From: Antechinus flavipes
Taxonomy: Eukaryota
Reading direction: 5' to 3'
DNA length: 64,000 nucleotides
Assembly (NCBI RefSeq): GCF_016432865.1
Contig: NC_067398.1
Location: forward strand, 55,676,001 to 55,740,000
Shown here: piece after piece, positions 60,415-64,000 of the stretch
How positions within the stretch are numbered: position 1 is the first letter of the stretch
Layout of the letters: each line of letters opens with the position of its first letter
Made by a program: the position numbers and the translations under genes
The notes under the pieces: model-generated
Told to the model about the DNA's origin: nothing
What the model saw: the letters and a program-made list of their open reading frames with translations, nothing else
Databases searched by the model: none

Positions 60415-63400
60415 TTAAAAGTGTAACTAGCAACGCCTTAACCATGATTTCAAAGCTGGAATATATATAAAGCTTCTACTACAGAACAATAATCCTATTT
60501 TGGAACTGTGTCTAGGACATTATCATGAAACGGAGCTGCTGTAAGAATCAGTTAAATGAGGCAGTAAATGCACATCTAGAGTTAATTTGCTCTCAAATTT
60601 ACCAGAACAAGCAATTTAACAACTGCATGAAGGAGTTCATTAGTATGATGTAAATTTTAGAATTATGCTCAAGTGCTACTAAACATCAACATAACAAATC
60701 AGAATTAAAGTCCAACATCAGAATATTCCTAAGAGGCTGATGTTACAGTAAATTCAGGGTGTTACTGGCCAAGGCTTCTGACATAAAATACACAGTGCTC
60801 AGAACAGTGACTCCAGAAGAATTTTACCTAATCCTCCATCCAGGTGTTTGGAGGCCACAGGTGCAGTTGTATTCACAAAAATTCTATCTACATTCTGCTC
60901 TCAGAGAATTTTCAACTGAAAGTGTTGTTAACTTTCAGGTTACTTATCTTTTGATTATTTTCAGATTCCATTCATCCATTACTAAATTAGATGACTAAAT
61001 ACTCATTACTAAACTAGATTTCTAGGCAGAGAAAGATACATAAAAGTGTGTAAAGTAGAACAATAAGAGCAGAGACAACAGAAATCTGGGCTGGGCTCCA
61101 TTGTGGAGAAGATCTGCTTAAATGATACATCCTGTTCTACAGAAGCAAGTCTATTTAACATATAGATTACATAGTATGCTGTTATGTCAAGCACTGACTG
61201 AACTGCAAACTTCTAAAAGATAAAGATTGTTCTTTTTTTCCCCCTTTTTAGAGTTCGTGAAAATCTCAGCAATTGGATAGAAACTCAAGACTTTTTGCAA
61301 CTTAAAAAAAAAGGAAATGAAAATGATCCCAAGTTCCAGTATCAGTTCTGCCCTAGATCAGCGGTAACAGCTTGGGCAAGGTCCTTTAACTTTCTAGTCC
61401 TCACTTTCCTCCTCCATAACAACAACAAAAAAAAAGGGGGAGGGGTACAAAATGAGGCATCTCTAAGAACCCTTTCCCTCCTAAGCTCCCTAAGCAAGAA
61501 TGATTCACTTTAAAATGGAGAAGAGACAAATTATCAGGTAACTTTTTCCCTAACAGTCAGAATCCACAAAAAAAATGCCTTTTAAGGCACTGCACCCCAG
61601 ATGTTTGGATATGATTGCTTAGAAGAAATCATTTGTATCCTTTAATTTAAACTGTGTTCCTTCACAAAACTGAAATTATAGAAAACTAACATTTATAATA
61701 ATCTCACACTCCAGCAATTCCAGGAGAAACTGAGGCAGAGAGAAGGTTAAGTGACTTAGCTAAGCATCACAGAGCTACTAAATTTCAAGACCCAGTGTTC
61801 TAAACACTCGGGCAACTGAGGTTTTTGTTAAGCAGAATTTAATTTCCTGATTTTGAAGCAGGAATTTTATAGAAAAATAGAAAATATTTTAATAGAAAAA
61901 GAAAAAAGGAGGATGTAAAACATAAATGCAAGTAGCTGTCATGTAAAAATATAAGGTATTATAAAATATCTTGTATTATAAAAGACTATGAAGATATAAA
62001 ATAAAAATGTAATAAAACTTTTTTTTAATGGAGAAAAAGAAACTGACTACATGTTTGGTGAAGAAAGTTCTCCCCAAAAATATAATGTCATTTAATTATA
62101 CTCAATTTTCATCACTTGTTATTACCCACTATAGATGAGTTTTACATTGAAAATATAAAATGGGGCCAAAGATATTATTTTACCATAAATGCCAGTACTG
62201 ACAATCAGCCAGGAAGTCCTTCTACTTTCTTTACCTGACAATGGAATCTTATTACTGAAATTATAAGTAACCTTTGAGTCAGCTCTCAAAAGTCTGTATG
62301 CTTCTTGGATTAGACAGTTAATTTTTAAGCCTGATCTTTTTATTATGCATTATTTTCCAACTTCTAAGTATCCAACAATCATGAAACAATGGTGTCTGGT
62401 TATGCAATATTATCACATTAGAAGGCTCTAAGAACATTGAAAAAGAGACTTCAGATACTAGCTAGAGATATCTAGTGTTTAATGACCCCTTTGTTTTACC
62501 TGTAAAGAGGAAGCAGAGTTTGGAGGGGAAAGTGTTGAGAATGCATTGCTAATTAATGTTCATTTCATGTTCTCAGGCAATGTGAGCAAAGGAGAGGAAT
62601 CCCAGAGTTGCAAGTGATGGCCAGAGTAAATACACACAGGCTCAAATGATCCTCCCTTCACAGTGCTCCAATTAGAGATCCATTTCCTGTTTTAGCCTTC
62701 AAATGCCACCAAGGGAAGGCTAAACTTTACACATGCTTCAGTGTAAATCATTTCAATCAGATAAGCAGATTTCCAAGCCCCAATATTCCACAAATTTACA
62801 AGTTCATTACTTATATAGGACAGCACACTAGCTAGGAGAACTTTGATTGGCACAGTTAAGGAGACCAGGCCTAAGAAAAAAATTATGGCCAGAGGGCACT
62901 GTGAGGCAACGGCACAGGCATCAGGAGCTGTTCAGGAGTAAGGTGTTAAGACAAAGACCAATTTTGCAATTTTGCCTACATAGCATTTTTGCCTGGGGGC
63001 TTGGAAGCACTTGGTATACACCAATGCCAGTTAAAATGTCAGGACGAGTTTGGAAATTGCAAGCCTCAGCTTCTCCCAATTTATCCTGGTCTTCCCAATC
63101 CGGACGACTCCAGTTCTGCCTCTCTAGTTAAACAGGTATCTTTCCAACCCATCCCTGAAGAAAAAGCAGAAAGTCAACTAGTCTCCTTTCCTTTTACTAT
63201 TAGTATGATGGAGGTTAAATGGCATAGGGACTGTTATATTACGTGTTCAATGGGAACTAACAAGTTAAAAAAAATTTTAATCAGAACAATAAAATACACA
63301 ACAACACAAATATGAACACAATTTTCATCTCTTCTTCATTCAGAAAGTATTTCATAATGTTGCAGGATCTCAGAACTGTCATCAAGGATATACTTTGTCA

Positions 63401-64000
63401 TAGTACTGAAAAGACACACAGGGATAGTCAGAAGAGAATTCTGATTTATGAATGCTATAGCACTTACTGTCTAAACTGCTCATTTAGGAAGTATTATACA
63501 CCTGCTTATTGTTTTAGTTATCTTTTACATGTGTCTTTTAAGAGACAGTGACTATGTAGCTCTTCTCTGTATCTCCAATGTCTGTAGATTAGATGGCTCC
63601 ATAAATTTTTGTTGGTGGAAAGAGTGTTAACAGTTTCCTTTAACTTTACTATTGGTGTAGGCAAAAATAGTAGGTAAAACTACAGCAAGAGAAGAACTTA
63701 GTATGAAATAAATCTTTGTTCTTGTTAGATTCTTTCAAATTCTTTCAAAATTCTTCAGGACATTAGAAACCTTCATTTTTACATCTTGTGCAAATAATAC
63801 CCTTTTCAAAGTCCTTTTGCAAGAACTAAGAACAAAAATCTACTTAAAAGCAAAACAAAAACAAAATTCAAAACCATGAGTGATACTAGATGATGACTAA
63901 ATGTTTCAAAATTTATGTCTAATTTTAAAATGCAAGAATACCTTTAAAATGGAAAACAATTACAAGCATACAATGTTATTAAGCTTCAATTATATAACTT

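Noticed and set aside
62847-63551. Cluster of plus-strand ORFs (94, 108 and 79 aa)
   Set aside because: Antisense to a TXNRD3 intron with no recognisable protein similarity.

Overview
Eukaryotic, AT-rich, repeat-dense mammalian DNA with four N gaps. The repeat content (WSINE1, MAR1/MIR SINEs, L2, L3/CR1, marsupial L1 and LTRs, OC1-type hAT MITEs) points to an Australian dasyurid marsupial, probably Tasmanian devil (inference). Two genes are supported, both on the minus strand and in the human 3q21 order. (1) The last two coding exons of the selenoprotein TXNRD3 (60238-60372 and 59962-60030), with an in-frame Sec UGA at 59968-59970 and a clear SECIS core at 59688-59734. (2) Three phase-compatible coding exons of a C3orf22 ortholog (26524-26650, 15736-15870, 10132-10387), whose start codon is not in the exon where the human protein starts. 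The most unusual observations are a TXNRD3 C-terminus reading Gly-Cys-Sec-Ala instead of Gly-Cys-Sec-Gly, a SECIS with a UUGA core and an extra hairpin at its base, a candidate C3orf22 promoter/first exon about 25 kb upstream, an inverted LTR pair next to a C3orf22 exon, and a fragmented near-full-length L3. Almost all other ORFs in the track are spurious. No rRNA, tRNA or CRISPR features were seen. Repeat family names come from recalled consensus sequences rather than a database search, and repeat boundaries are approximate.
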